Shown here piece by piece: positions 1 to 15,654 of a stretch of 64,000 nucleotides of DNA. The notes beneath the pieces were generated by a model that saw nothing but the letters and a program-made list of their open reading frames with translations, did not search any database and had not been told where the DNA came from. The DNA comes from an uncultured Planctomycetota bacterium (GTDB lineage: Bacteria > Planctomycetota > Planctomycetia > Isosphaerales > Isosphaeraceae): assembly GCA_963823665.1 (NCBI GenBank), contig CAWGMQ010000003.1, forward strand, positions 1,632,001 through 1,696,000. Reading direction: 5' to 3'. How positions within the stretch are numbered: the first letter of the stretch is position 1; each line of letters begins with the position of its first letter. Made by a program: the position numbers and the translations under genes.

Positions 1-2007
1 GACGAACATGGGAAGCTCAAGGTCTCGAGCCTGACGGCGCGCTATCAGACCGACTTCGTGAGCGTGACGGTCGACCAGATCGAATACATGGACATTTCTC
101 CCAAGCAGATGGTGGGCGTCTCGGCGGGGCTGATTCCGTTCCTGGAGCACGACGACGCCAACCGTGCGCTGATGGGCTCGAACATGCAGCGGCAGGCGGT
201 GCCGCTTCTGGTCTCCGAGCCGCCGATTGTGGCCACGGGGCTCGAGCGGTCGGTCGCGATCAACTCGGGCATGATCGTCAAGGCCGGCCAGGACGGCACG
301 ATCACCTACGTCGACTCGAACAAAATCATCATCGACCAGAACCACATCTACAAGCTGCGGAAGTATGTGGGACTGAACGAGCGAACCTGCTTGAACCAGA
401 AGCCGGTGGTGCAGGTCGGGCAGAAGGTGAAGCAGGGCGAGATCCTGGCGGACGGTGCGTCGACCTACAAGGGAGAGCTTGCGCTGGGCCGGAATGTGCT
501 GGTGGCGTTCATGGCGTGGGACGGCTACAACTTCGAGGATGCGATCATCATCAGCGAGAAGCTGGTGCGCGACGACGTGTATACCTCGATCCACATCGAG
601 GAATTCGAGATCGAGATTCGCGAGACAAAGCTGGGCCGGGAAGAGTTCACCCGCGACATCCCCAACGTCTCCGAGAAGGCGCTGCGCAACCTGGACGACA
701 ACGGCGTGGTGCAGATCGGCACCTACGTCAAGCCGGGTGACGTGCTGGTGGGCAAGGTCGCCCCCAAGAGCAAGAGCGAGCTGACGCCCGAAGAGAAACT
801 GCTGCACGCGATCTTCGGCCGCGCCGGCGAGGACGTCAAGAACGACTCGCTCGAGGTGCCGTCGGGGGTCGAGGGAATCGTGATCAACACCCAGCGGTTC
901 AGCCGCCGCATGAGCTTGAGCGAAGAGGAGCGCAAGGCGTTCGAGAAGGAGCTCAAGGACACGGAAGCGGCCGAAAACGTGCGTATCGCCGACGAATACA
1001 AGCAGATGATCAAGGCGCTCGAGGAGCTCTTAGACGGGCCGGTACCCGATCCCTCGACCGGCAAGGCGCTGGGCCGCGCCAAGGACGCCAAGGACCTGAT
1101 CGAAGAGGCCGATCGCTTCAAGCTCGAGGCACTGGACCTGCGGAGCCCGAGCGCGCTCAACAAGGCGCGCGAGGTCGTGCGGAAGCACGCGCCTCTGATC
1201 GAGGCGCTCAAGGATGAAAAAGAGCGGCGGATCAACAGCCTGAAGCGCGGCGACGAGCTGCCCTCGGGCGTGCTGCAGATGGTGAAGGTGTACATCGCCA
1301 CCAAGCGGGTGATCTCGGTCGGCGACAAGATGGCGGGCCGGCACGGCAACAAGGGCGTCATCGCCAAGATCCTTCCCGAAGAGGACATGCCGTTCCTGGA
1401 AGACGGCACGGGCGTCGAGATCCTGCTGAACCCGCTGGGCGTGCCCAGCCGGATGAACGTGGGCCAGATTCTCGAGACGCACCTGGGCTGGGCGGCCGCC
1501 AAGCTCGGGTTTCAGGCGATCTGCCCGGTCTTCGACGGGGCGAGCGAGGACACGATCCGCAAGTGCCTGAAAGATGCGGGCTTGCCGGAGAACGGCAAGG
1601 CCGTGCTCTATGACGGCCGAACCGGCGATAAATTCGACCAGCGCGTGACCGTAGGCTATATTTACATGCTCAAGCTCCATCACCTGGTCGACGACAAGAT
1701 CCATGCCCGAGCGACCGGCCCGTACTCGCTGATCACGCAGCAGCCGCTGGGCGGCAAGGCCCGGTTCGGCGGTCAGAGATTCGGTGAGATGGAAGTGTGG
1801 GCGCTCGAGGCTTATGGCGCCGCCTACATCCTGCAGGAGCTCTTGACGGTGAAATCGGACGATGTCGAGGGGCGCACCAAGATTTACGAGAGCATGGTGA
1901 AGGGTGAAAACACGCTTGAAGCGGGAACACCCGCCAGCTTCGACGTGCTCACGAACGAGATCCGCGGACTGGGGCTGAACATGCAGCTCGAGAAGAAGCG
2001 GGTCTGA
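1..2007 (+). CDS. rpoB: DNA-directed RNA polymerase beta subunit (5' truncated by window)
   Basis: Motifs [48 protein letters not shown]. Confidence 0.99.
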   Translation, partial: DEHGKLKVSSLTARYQTDFVSVTVDQIEYMDISPKQMVGVSAGLIPFLEHDDANRALMGSNMQRQAVPLLVSEPPIVATGLERSVAINSGMIVKAGQDGTITYVDSNKIIIDQNHIYKLRKYVGLNERTCLNQKPVVQVGQKVKQGEILADGASTYKGELALGRNVLVAFMAWDGYNFEDAIIISEKLVRDDVYTSIHIEEFEIEIRETKLGREEFTRDIPNVSEKALRNLDDNGVVQIGTYVKPGDVLVGKVAPKSKSELTPEEKLLHAIFGRAGEDVKNDSLEVPSGVEGIVINTQRFSRRMSLSEEERKAFEKELKDTEAAENVRIADEYKQMIKALEELLDGPVPDPSTGKALGRAKDAKDLIEEADRFKLEALDLRSPSALNKAREVVRKHAPLIEALKDEKERRINSLKRGDELPSGVLQMVKVYIATKRVISVGDKMAGRHGNKGVIAKILPEEDMPFLEDGTGVEILLNPLGVPSRMNVGQILETHLGWAAAKLGFQAICPVFDGASEDTIRKCLKDAGLPENGKAVLYDGRTGDKFDQRVTVGYIYMLKLHHLVDDKIHARATGPYSLITQQPLGGKARFGGQRFGEMEVWALEAYGAAYILQELLTVKSDDVEGRTKIYESMVKGENTLEAGTPASFDVLTNEIRGLGLNMQLEKKRV

Positions 2008-2033
2008 TTCACTCCCCTCGCTGGAACCCCCTT

Positions 2034-3461
2034 GTGAAGCAGTGCTCTACCGAGCGCACCAGGCGCTCCATCGAACGCTGGATTGCACGCGGCATGAGCC
2101 GCGTGTGGGTGGTCGCGGTCTCTGGAGGGGGCGACAGCGTCGGGCTCCTGCGCGTGCTTTGCGAGCTGGCGGAGCCGCTCTCGCTCTCTCTATCCGTCGC
2201 GCACCTGGACCACGGGGTGCGCGGCGATGCCGCGCGGGCGGACGCGCTCTTCGTTGCAGAGCTGGCGCAGTCGTTGGGTCTCCCGGTTGACCTGGCTCGG
2301 TGGCGGCCCGATCGAGCCGGGCACTTCGAAGCGGACGCGCGTCGCGCCCGCTATGACTGGCTCACGCAGGTCGCTCGAGGCCGAGGAGCCGGCGCGGTGG
2401 CGGTGGGCCACACGCGCGACGACCAAGCCGAGACGATTCTGCACCGCATACTGCGCGGGACGGGTCCGCGTGGGCTGGCGGGCATCCCCTCACGGCGGTC
2501 GCTGGCGAAGGACCCCGGGCTCTTCCTGGTCCGGCCGCTCTTGCAAGTGTGGCGGCGTGAGATCCGGGAGTATCTGGCCGCGATCGGTCAACCCTTTCGG
2601 GAAGACGAGACCAACGCGGCGCTCACGGGCACACGGGGTCGCATCCGGAACGACCTGATGCCCAAGCTGGGCGCGGAATACAATCCGGCGGTGGGCGAGG
2701 CGCTCTTGCGCCTGGGCGAGCTTTCCGGCTCGCTTGCGCGGACGATCGAGCGTGAAGCCCTGGCAGCGGCGCGGAGCGCGACCGTCACGGCGGCGGAGCA
2801 CACGGTTGTGCTCAAGCGCGGGGTCTTGCGGGGGACGTCGGGGTTTATGCGGGCGGAAATCCTGCGACGCCTCTGGAGACAGGCGGGCTGGCCCGAACGG
2901 AGCATGTCGGCTGCGCGCTGGCGCCGGCTGGCCGCTTTGACGGGAAAAGAGGGTGAGATCGAACGCCGGGTGATTGGCGCCTCGGTGGAGGTGTGGAGCG
3001 ACGGCCTGTACGTCGTGCTTCGAAGATCGTCGCAAACGGAGGCGTCTGCGGTGGCGCACGCACGGCCCGGCGGCGAGATTCCGCTTGCGATTCCCGGACA
3101 AACGGATGTTTCGTGGGCGGGTTGCAGCGTTCACGCATCGACGGAGGGTTTCGCGGGTGACGGTCCCGTCGAGACGGTTGATTTCGACCGAGTTGCCGGA
3201 GGGCTGTTTATCCGGGCGCCTCTTGCCGGCGATCGGTTCGACCCGCTGGGGATGGGGGGCAAGACGATGGCTCTGGCCGACTTTTTCCGGGGCCGTCGGG
3301 TCGCGCGAGAGAGGCGGGTGCATACGCCGCTCCTGTGCGATCAGGCTGGGATTATCTGGGTTGGCGGGCATCGAATCGCCGAGCGGGTGAAGGCGACGGA
3401 GCGGACGGAGCATGTGCTGACGTTGCGTTTAACGTCGTGTGACGGCGTTTCAGGAGGGTGA
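2034..3461 (+). CDS. tilS: tRNA(Ile)-lysidine synthetase
   Basis: PP-loop VAVSGGGDS, HLDHGVRG, GHTRDDQAET, RPLL, TilS C-terminal-like domain; exact start uncertain. Confidence 0.93.
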   Translation: MKQCSTERTRRSIERWIARGMSRVWVVAVSGGGDSVGLLRVLCELAEPLSLSLSVAHLDHGVRGDAARADALFVAELAQSLGLPVDLARWRPDRAGHFEADARRARYDWLTQVARGRGAGAVAVGHTRDDQAETILHRILRGTGPRGLAGIPSRRSLAKDPGLFLVRPLLQVWRREIREYLAAIGQPFREDETNAALTGTRGRIRNDLMPKLGAEYNPAVGEALLRLGELSGSLARTIEREALAAARSATVTAAEHTVVLKRGVLRGTSGFMRAEILRRLWRQAGWPERSMSAARWRRLAALTGKEGEIERRVIGASVEVWSDGLYVVLRRSSQTEASAVAHARPGGEIPLAIPGQTDVSWAGCSVHASTEGFAGDGPVETVDFDRVAGGLFIRAPLAGDRFDPLGMGGKTMALADFFRGRRVARERRVHTPLLCDQAGIIWVGGHRIAERVKATERTEHVLTLRLTSCDGVSGG

Positions 3462-3576
3462 TCGGGATTCTTCGGCGAAACCGAAGATGATGTTTTCGCA
3501 GGGCGACGGAAATTGCACAGGCGTATAGTTAGAAGTGAGATCCGCAGAAAAGTTTTGTGAAAAAATGAGATTTTTC

Positions 3577-3605
3577 TTGGAATTGGTTCGAGTCTTGCGT
3601 AGGAT
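3577..3605 (+). promoter_or_regulatory. Putative sigma70 promoter for rpoC
   Basis: TTGGAA-17 nt-TAGGAT preceded by an A/T-rich UP-like tract in a GC-rich genome. Confidence 0.5.
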
Positions 3606-4004
3606 GACTGGATGCGACTCCATCGGCAGCCGAATGCGGCACGGCTCGGGCGGTGTTCTCGCCTGCGACGTCAAGGATTCGGGACGGGAGGTTGGAGTCA
3701 CTCATCGAGCCCGGTCGAGGAGGGTACCGGTTGGGTGTTATTCGTCAAGACGACGGTATTGCCGCGACGGTCTTCGAGGCTTTCGCCTGGGGGTTGATCG
3801 CGGATATTTTTGTTTCCATCGATCGAGCCGACTTGGGAATGAATCCGGTAACAACCGTTTCGTGCGGAATGAGTCTTGGCTGAATCGAGCTGAACGAACA
3901 CCCTGGTGGTCTTTCCGTGTCCGAAGGAAGGGCGAGACCGCCGCTTTCACCCACCAACAGAGCCGGCACTCGTGCAACCGGGGGCGGGCAGAGGAGAGTG
4001 TCTC

Positions 4005-8279
<4,275 letters not shown>

Positions 8280-8372
8280 CTTTCAAAGCTGACGTTCGAT
8301 GCGTCGCCTCAATCAGCCCGGTCGCTCGACCCCCTCGAGCGTTCGCGGGCTGTTAGCGGCGCCGCCCTACCC

Positions 8373-9554
8373 TCACGTTCGCCCACGCCCAGCCTCGAGC
8401 GCTTGAACCAAAAGGTCGTTCGCCGCTTGCCAGTTGTATGCTCCAGCGATCGACCGGCCCAGCAGGGCGCGTCGGGAACGCTCCTGGCTATCATCGAGGA
8501 GGCGGCGCAGCGTGGCAGTGATGGAATCCTCGTCATTCGGGTTGAAGTACCACCCGGCCTCGCCGCCGATTTCGGGCAGGGCCGTCGAGTCGGCCAGCGC
8601 GACCGGGGTTCCTTGAGCCATCGCCTCGACTGCGGGAATGCCGAAGCTCTCACACAGCGAGGGAAAAACGAGGGCGGTTGCCTCCGCATAGGCGGCTCGC
8701 AGGGCATTGCCCTGGCGGTAACCGGGCATGCAGATCAGCGCTCGCCGGCCCGCCGCGGCGGCCGCGTCACGCAGTGAATTCGCCTCCTCGGGGGCGCCTG
8801 CGCCGATCAGCACAAGCCCGAGCTCGCCAGAAGCGATCTCGGTGATGCGTGCGGCTGCCCGAACCAGTCGCAAGAGGTTCTTCCGCGGTTGAAAATTGGC
8901 CACGGAAAGGACGTACGGGACTTTGGGAGGAAGGCCGAGATCGGCGCGGATCCGCGAGCGTTCGTGGTCAGGGGCGGTCTGAAAGAACAGGTCTTCCGCG
9001 CCGTTGGGAACATAAGCCACGCGATCGTCGGGTATCGAGAAAGCACCGTGCAGTTGCTCGGTATTGTAGTGCGACACGGACAGGATGAGATCGGAGCGGG
9101 CAAGAATTCGGCCCAGCAGCTCGCGCTTCCTGGCGGGCTCGAATCTCAGGGTTTGCAAAACGTCGTGGGTAGTCACAGCGAGCTTGGCGCTCCGGGTCGG
9201 GACGAAGTATTCGGCCGGGCAATAGACCCATTCGCTGGGCCCGGTCCACCAATCGATCGGCGGCCAGGGGTTTACCCGCCACCAGCGCAGGATGTTGCGC
9301 GTGCGGATCGCAAGTTCGCGGCGTTTCTGGTCGCCTAGACTTTCCCAGAACGCCCGGCCGTCGGGATGAATCATCCGCCCGGTGATGACGCTGAGCTCCA
9401 CGTCCGGCCGCTGCGCCAGCCGCTCGAGCTGTGCAAGCGCGTGCCGGGTGACGCCGGTCGGGCCGTGACAGCCGTCCAAGTCATAAAACAGGGCGACGCG
9501 CAGCGGGGCGGCGAGCGCTGTGGTGCTCGGTGGCTTGGATCCCCGTTCTGTCAC
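8373..9554 (-). CDS. Glycosyltransferase family 4 (GT-B)
   Basis: RKNLLRLV and FPSLCESFGIPAVEAMAQG motifs; start inferred. Confidence 0.9.
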   Translation of the reverse strand: MTERGSKPPSTTALAAPLRVALFYDLDGCHGPTGVTRHALAQLERLAQRPDVELSVITGRMIHPDGRAFWESLGDQKRRELAIRTRNILRWWRVNPWPPIDWWTGPSEWVYCPAEYFVPTRSAKLAVTTHDVLQTLRFEPARKRELLGRILARSDLILSVSHYNTEQLHGAFSIPDDRVAYVPNGAEDLFFQTAPDHERSRIRADLGLPPKVPYVLSVANFQPRKNLLRLVRAAARITEIASGELGLVLIGAGAPEEANSLRDAAAAAGRRALICMPGYRQGNALRAAYAEATALVFPSLCESFGIPAVEAMAQGTPVALADSTALPEIGGEAGWYFNPNDEDSITATLRRLLDDSQERSRRALLGRSIAGAYNWQAANDLLVQALEAGRGRT

Positions 9555-9816
9555 GTATCCGTGTCCAGTCAATGAACGCTCGATCCTCAAGTCGAAGACC
9601 AGATGGAGGTGTCCGGGTGGATCGTAGGTGAGTCTCGTTCGCGTGTCAATTCCGCGGGCTTGACCTTCCGCGAGCTGCTGGTTGCATGCCTGCTGGTCTT
9701 GATTCTGGAACGCAACCGGCAAAGAATGGACGAAGATGGATCGTGGACGTGATTGATGCCACGGGGGCTGCGGCTTCGACACCGTGGCCCGATCGTGAAG
9801 CCGAAGGAGGCCCCTG

Positions 9817-10563
9817 ATGCGCGATACCCCGCACTTTGAAGGTTCTGTCGCCCCGCGCGCGCTTTCCACCGCGCCGGTGTTTCCCGGACGACATGCCCTG
9901 CGCGAGCAGGAAGCCGTCTGGTCCGAGTTCCTCGCGATGGGTGAGGCCGTCGTCGACTCACTCGATAAGAGCGTGACTGCACTTCGCGAAGGCCGGATCG
10001 ACATCGTTGCGGAGGTGAAGGAGCTCGAGCGAAGCTCCGATCGTGAAGAAGTCCGGATCGAGCAGAGCTGCCTCCGGATACTTGCTCTGTTCGAGCCGGT
10101 CGCCTCGGATCTGCGGCGGATGGCGACGATCCTCAAGGTCAGCCGTGACTGGGAGCGGATCGCCGACCTGGCCGCGCGGATTGCACGGCGGGCTCGCAAG
10201 CTGGTCCGTGGCTGGGAAGGGGCGGTCACGGTTCCAGGCTCTTTGAAAAAGCTCGGCAGCGATGTCCTCGATCAGACCCGCGCCAGCTACGAGGCCCTGG
10301 CAAGGCGGGACTCCGCATCCGCGCGGGCGCTCATCGCGGACGATCGCGAGATTGATCGCGGGTATCGCCGGTTCCGCCGTGAGATGAAAGACTCGCTCCG
10401 CCGCGATCCCGCACAGCTTGACGCCTGGCTCCAGTTGATGAGTATCGGGCGCCATCTTGAACGAATTTCCGACCACGCCACCGCTATCGCGCAGACGGTC
10501 GTCTACCTTGAGGAGGGCGTGATCGTTCGACATAACACGGAGACACCGCCTCAGACGGATTGA
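9817..10563 (+). CDS. phoU: Phosphate signalling complex protein PhoU
   Basis: EPVASDLR, ERIADLA and LERISDHA repeats typical of PhoU. Confidence 0.88.
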   Translation: MRDTPHFEGSVAPRALSTAPVFPGRHALREQEAVWSEFLAMGEAVVDSLDKSVTALREGRIDIVAEVKELERSSDREEVRIEQSCLRILALFEPVASDLRRMATILKVSRDWERIADLAARIARRARKLVRGWEGAVTVPGSLKKLGSDVLDQTRASYEALARRDSASARALIADDREIDRGYRRFRREMKDSLRRDPAQLDAWLQLMSIGRHLERISDHATAIAQTVVYLEEGVIVRHNTETPPQTD

Positions 10564-10773
10564 TCCTGCTTTTGTGTGGCAGACCCTTGTGCCTGACACC
10601 GCCCTCCATTAGATTCGAGTTTTGGCAGCCAGAGCGGCTGTCCCGCCACGTTTGTCGATCCCGCCACCTTTTCGCGTGCGTCAACAACCAGCAGTCGGGT
10701 GGCGCCGGCCGCGATTGAGTCCATCCCGCGTCGACTTGAGTTTCTTGAGTCCATTCACGACGGAGACAAAACC

Positions 10774-12101
10774 ATGTCTCGAACCGGACCACGTGCGAAG
10801 AAGCTGAACCGGCGGCAATGCCTGAAACAAACCGCAGCCGCGGCGGGCGCGTTTTGCCTGGCGCCGACCGTCATCCCCGCCAGCGCTTTAGGCCGCGATG
10901 GCGCGACGGCCCCCAGCGAGCGCATCGTGATGGGTGCGATTGGAATCGGTAGCCGCGGCGAGTTCGATCTGAAGTGGATGCTCCGCGAAAAGGACGTCCA
11001 GTTCGTGGCGATCTGTGACGCCCGGAAGGTACGTCGCGAGGCGGTCAAGCAGATCATCGACAAAAACTACGGGTTTTCCGACTGCCAGATGTATCCCGAA
11101 ATGGGCGAATTCCTCGCGACCCGGGATGATATCGACGGCGTGCTGATCGCCACCGGCGATCGCTGGCACTCGCTGGCGGCCTGCCTGGCGATGCGCAGCG
11201 GCAAGGATGTGTATTCCGAGAAGCCATCCTCGATGACAATCGCCGAAGGACGGACGGTTGTCGACACCGCGCGGCGGTACGGCCGCATCTACCAGACCGG
11301 AGTTCAGCGGCTCAGCGAAGGCCCCTTCCTCACGGCGATCGAGCTGGCGCGGTCCGGTCGGCTGGGACAGATTCAAGCCGTCCAGGCGCACATCGCACCG
11401 TGGGACGCCGCCGAGATGAGCCACGCCTGGCTGCCCGAGGAACCGCAGCCGTCCAAGGAGGAGGTCGATTGGGATGCCTGGCTCGGACCTTGCCCATGGC
11501 GGCCTTATAACTCGACATACGTTCGCGGCGGATGGCGCGGGCATTACGATTTCCACACGAGCTGCATCGGCGAGTGGGTGCGCACACTTTCGCACAGTCG
11601 CAGGCCGGCATCGGCGCGCTAACGACCTCGGCCGTCGAATACCATTACGTCAAGAACTCCAGCGGGGACGGCATGGTTACGAAGTTCGGCAACGGAATTC
11701 CGATGATCCTCTCGCGCGGCGACAAGTACTGGCATGGATCATGTGGGATGCGGTTCGAAGGAACCGAAGGCTGGGTCGCGTGCGCCGATGGTTACAAGGA
11801 ACCCGAGGCGTCCTCGTCTGGTTTGCTACAGGACGGCGCCAAGTTGCTGGCCGATTACATGGATCGCACCGGGCGGCCTTTGAACCACGTGCGGAACTTC
11901 TTCGATTGCGTCAGGTCGCGTGAAACGACCGTGGCCAATCCCGATGTGATGCACCGCACCATGAGCACCGTCCACGCAGCCAACATCTGCATGTGGCTCA
12001 AACGCGACCTCAAATACGACCCTGTCAACGAGAAATTTGTCGACGATCCAGAAGCCAATCGCTTCCTTACCCGCGCACAGCGAGAGCCGTGGATCTATTG
12101 A
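10774..12101 (+). CDS. Gfo/Idh/MocA oxidoreductase with Tat signal (frameshift ~11578)
   Basis: NRRQCL Tat-like motif, IGIGSRG, ATGDRWH, KDVYSEKP; C-terminal half in ORF 11532-12101. Confidence 0.88.
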
Positions 12102-12135
12102 AGCCCCCATATATACCGTTCCTGGAGACCTCCCC

Positions 12136-12837
12136 ATGATCCGATCGATCCATCGCCTCGGTTGCCTGGCCGCGATTGGGCTCGCGCTGGTCTGCATTTC
12201 TGCCGCCGCGGCCGCGGCCCCACTGTCGGATAAGGAACAAGAGGCCAAGCTGATCGCGGTGCTGACGAAGTCGGACGCATCGCTCAAGGACAAGGCCGAC
12301 GCCTGCCGCGTGCTCTCGCTGATCGGCACCAAGGAGTGTATCGCACCGCTGGCAGGGCTCTTGGGTGACGAGAAGCTCTCGCATCTGGCCCGATACGCGC
12401 TCGAACCAAACCCCGATCCAGGCGTTGACGAGGCACTCCGCGCCGCCCTGAAGACGCTCAAAGGCCGGCCGCTCGTTGGCGTCATCGGCAGCCTGGGTGT
12501 CCGGCGTGATCAGAAAGCGGTTGAACCGATTTCTGCGCTCCTCAAGGATGCCGATCCCGCAATTGCCAAGGCAGCGGCGCGATCGCTTGGCCGTATCGGG
12601 GTCGCACCTGCCGCCGAGGCGTTGCAGAAGAACGTGGACGTTTCCTCACCCGCCCTGCGACTCGCTGTCTCGGAAGGCTTGTTCCGTTGTGCCGAGCACC
12701 TGGTTGCAGACGGCAAGACTGCGGAGGCCCTCGCGATTTACGACAGGTTAGATCGGCCCAATTCGCCCGTTCAGGTGCGCACGAGCGCGGTGCGAAAAGC
12801 TCGCGCCCTGCGTCAAGTGGCCGCAGCCGGCCTGTAG
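12136..12837 (+). CDS. HEAT-repeat exported protein
   Basis: Signal peptide then HEAT-like repeats (ACRVLSLIG, AARSLGRIG). Confidence 0.8.
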   Translation: MIRSIHRLGCLAAIGLALVCISAAAAAAPLSDKEQEAKLIAVLTKSDASLKDKADACRVLSLIGTKECIAPLAGLLGDEKLSHLARYALEPNPDPGVDEALRAALKTLKGRPLVGVIGSLGVRRDQKAVEPISALLKDADPAIAKAAARSLGRIGVAPAAEALQKNVDVSSPALRLAVSEGLFRCAEHLVADGKTAEALAIYDRLDRPNSPVQVRTSAVRKARALRQVAAAGL

Positions 12838-12864
12838 TGGAAGGTCTTTCCGAGGAGCCTGATT

Positions 12865-13959
12865 GTGCCCGCGACAAGACGAGACGTACTCCGAATGGGA
12901 CTTGCAGCCGCCGGCCTCGGCCTGCAGGCAAGTCCCATCGCTCGCGGCTCGAATGCCCCCAAGACCTTGCCCGACGCGACTCCCAAACACTTGCCCCGGT
13001 GGCGTGGCTTCAACCTCCTCAACAAATTCATGGCCGACAGCCAGAAGCCGTTCGAGGAGCGCGACTTCGCCGACATCGCCGAGCTCGGCTTCGATTTCGT
13101 GCGCCTGCCGCTCGATTACCGATGCTGGACCGAGCCCAAGGATGTCAACTTTCTCAAACCGGCCATGCTCAAGGAGATCGACCAAGCGGTCGAATTCGGC
13201 AAGAAGCACTCCATTCACGTTCAGATCAATTTCCACCGGGCTCCCGGGTTCACCGTAGCCAAACCCGCCGAGCCGAAATCGATCTGGAGTGATTCCGAGA
13301 TCCTGGGTGTCTGCGCCGCCCACTGGTCGGCCTTCGCCGATCGGTATAAGGGACGGCCGAATAACGAGCTGAGCTTCAATCTGCTGAACGAGCCCGATGA
13401 CAAGGTCAAGCCGGAAGAACACCGGCACGTCATCGAGCGACTGGCGACCGCGATTCGCGACCGCGACCCGACGCGATTGATTGTCTGCGACGGCCGCGCG
13501 TGGGCGACCCAGCCACCGACGGAGTTACTAGGCCTGGATGTTGCGGCCTCGCTGCATGACTACAACCCGATGCCCCTCACCCACTACAAGGCTTCCTGGG
13601 TCAATTGGGATGAGAGCTGGCCCGAGCCGATCTGGCCGCTCAAGCTCAACACGGGCAAGTATGTCGTGCGGGCGACGATCGAGCGTGAGCTGATCAAACC
13701 GTTTCAGGAACTCGAGGCCAAAGGCGTTGGCGTGATGGTCGGCGAATTCGGCTGTCACAATCAGACGCCGCATCGTTACGTCTTGTCGTGGATCAACGAC
13801 ACTCTGGCCGCCTTCAAGAAAGCCGGCTTCGGCTGGGCGCTCTGGAATTTCACCGGCAGCTTCGGCGTCTGCGACAGCGGCCGGTTTGACGTCGCCTACG
13901 AGGATTGGCACAGCCGCAAGCTCGACCGGGCGATGCTGGAGCTGCTGCAGGCTGGTTAA
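12865..13959 (+). CDS. Glycoside hydrolase family 5 with Tat signal
   Basis: TRRDVL, GFDFVRLP, NLLNEP acid/base, VGEFG nucleophile. Confidence 0.88.
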   Translation: MPATRRDVLRMGLAAAGLGLQASPIARGSNAPKTLPDATPKHLPRWRGFNLLNKFMADSQKPFEERDFADIAELGFDFVRLPLDYRCWTEPKDVNFLKPAMLKEIDQAVEFGKKHSIHVQINFHRAPGFTVAKPAEPKSIWSDSEILGVCAAHWSAFADRYKGRPNNELSFNLLNEPDDKVKPEEHRHVIERLATAIRDRDPTRLIVCDGRAWATQPPTELLGLDVAASLHDYNPMPLTHYKASWVNWDESWPEPIWPLKLNTGKYVVRATIERELIKPFQELEAKGVGVMVGEFGCHNQTPHRYVLSWINDTLAAFKKAGFGWALWNFTGSFGVCDSGRFDVAYEDWHSRKLDRAMLELLQAG

Positions 13960-13994
13960 CGATTCCGTGGGTCCGGCACTCTTGTCAGTCTGAA

Positions 13995-14414
13995 TCATTC
14001 AATGTGCACGACTTCCCAAGCTCGCGTCTCGACCAGAAACTCAGCGATAACCTCGCGGTGGCACTCCGAAACGCGTTTCTCCGCGCACATCAGGCAGAAC
14101 GGCGCAACGAGCTCGGCCAACCGGCCAACGAGCAACTCGCCGGATTGCTTGAACAGGGCCCGATAAGGGCCGTGCCAATCATCCAGGTCGCGAAACAGAT
14201 TGCCGAGCTCGAGGAACGACCGATACGCGATTCCGCGCTCGGAAAGTAGCCTTTCGATGCCCTTCTCCGCCGTCCGCGCCTTGACGAAAGCGCCCATACT
14301 GGCACGGTCCGGCCGAATCCGCACGTCGGCGACCGAGCGAATGCCATGCGCAATCAGCAGGCCGGCAAACTCATCAGGCAACCGGCCGCCATAACCGATG
14401 GTGTAAAACTTCAT
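13995..14414 (-). CDS. DUF488 family protein
   Basis: FYTIGY, ADVR..P, LMCAE..CHR motifs. Confidence 0.8.
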   Translation of the reverse strand: MKFYTIGYGGRLPDEFAGLLIAHGIRSVADVRIRPDRASMGAFVKARTAEKGIERLLSERGIAYRSFLELGNLFRDLDDWHGPYRALFKQSGELLVGRLAELVAPFCLMCAEKRVSECHREVIAEFLVETRAWEVVHIE

Positions 14415-14466
14415 GCTGTCGCTCGAGCGACTCGCGATCCGTCTGAGGACCCTTCGATCACTCCGC

Positions 14467-15654
14467 TCACTTTCCCGCCTCGCTGAACTGTGCCTCGACC
14501 GCCCGCTGAAACGCCGCTCGGCTCCGATCCCCGTCCCGTGGAAAGCCCGCATGCTGCACCATGAACACGGTGATCAGCCCCCTCCTCGGGTCGATCGTCA
14601 TGTTCGTCGCATAGGCTCCGCCGTGTCCGAACTGTCCACCGCCGGTCGACCAGCCCAGGCCGTAACCGTCCTTGAGATGGTCGCCTGTTTGCTTGCTCGT
14701 CATTTGCTCGACCGCGGCTTCCGAAAGATAACGCCGCCCCTCCAGCTCACCGCGTCCGAGGATCATCTGGCAAAATCGCCCGACATCCCGGGCCGTCGAA
14801 AACAGGCCGCCGGCAGGCATCGGTTGCCGTTTATGGTCGTCCAGGGGATACCGAAGCTGAGTGACAGTCGTGGCCTCGAGATCAGACTTCGCCGCGTTCG
14901 GCTTGTACGACTTGGCGAGGCGCACGAGCTGCTCGTTGTCGGGCCAGAATGTCGTGTCCTTCATGCCCAGGGGTTCAAACAGACGCTTCTGCATGAACTC
15001 TGCATAATCGATACCACTCACGACCTCGATAATGCGGCCCGCCGTGTTGATGCCGGCGTTGGAATACTGATATTTGGTCCCCGGCTCGAACTCAAGCGGC
15101 GTCATCGCGTAGCTTCGCACCGCATCTCGTAATGGCAGCAGGTCGAGCGTCGGCTCTTCCATCGCCGACTTGAACGGCATACCGCTCGTATGGCTGAGTA
15201 CCTCGCGGACCGTGATCGCGTGCTTCGGCCTCCTGAGCAGCACGTGGTCCTCATCCCTTTCCACCGCCAGCCACTGACCTCTGAACTCGGGCAGAAACTT
15301 CGCAACCGGATCGTCCAGACGCACCTTGCCTTCATCCACAAGCATCATCAAGGCCGTCGCGGTCATCGGCTTGGATTGCGATGCAATCCAGAAGATGGAT
15401 TCGGGGTTCATCAATTTGCTTGCCGCGACGTCCGCGAACCCAACCGCTTCGAGGCTCAGGATCTTCTCTTTGTCGGCGACCAGTGTGACCGCGCCGGCGA
15501 GCGCGTGCCTGTCGACGAAAGGCTGCAATGCGGCGGCGATCTTCCCGGCGGCACCAGTCGACGCATCCTGCGCGGGGCATCTCAGCGGGATCGCCGTGAG
15601 AGCGACGACAAAGAGCGAAACCAGTGAAAGAGAGTAGCGATTTCGTGCAATCAT
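14467..15654 (-). CDS. Serine hydrolase, beta-lactamase-related family
   Basis: SxxK (SQSK), LSHTSG, YSN, GHGG; signal peptide. Confidence 0.88.
   Translation of the reverse strand: MIARNRYSLSLVSLFVVALTAIPLRCPAQDASTGAAGKIAAALQPFVDRHALAGAVTLVADKEKILSLEAVGFADVAASKLMNPESIFWIASQSKPMTATALMMLVDEGKVRLDDPVAKFLPEFRGQWLAVERDEDHVLLRRPKHAITVREVLSHTSGMPFKSAMEEPTLDLLPLRDAVRSYAMTPLEFEPGTKYQYSNAGINTAGRIIEVVSGIDYAEFMQKRLFEPLGMKDTTFWPDNEQLVRLAKSYKPNAAKSDLEATTVTQLRYPLDDHKRQPMPAGGLFSTARDVGRFCQMILGRGELEGRRYLSEAAVEQMTSKQTGDHLKDGYGLGWSTGGGQFGHGGAYATNMTIDPRRGLITVFMVQHAGFPRDGDRSRAAFQRAVEAQFSEAGK

Noticed and set aside
3611..3706. SRP (4.5S) or 6S RNA identity for the rpoC upstream hairpin
   Set aside because: Lacks the SRP helix-8 GGAA tetraloop motif and is too short for a typical 6S RNA; kept only as an unassigned structure
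14467..15654. Antibiotic-resistance beta-lactamase
   Set aside because: Motifs fit the broad esterase/serine hydrolase family; nothing in the sequence supports a resistance function
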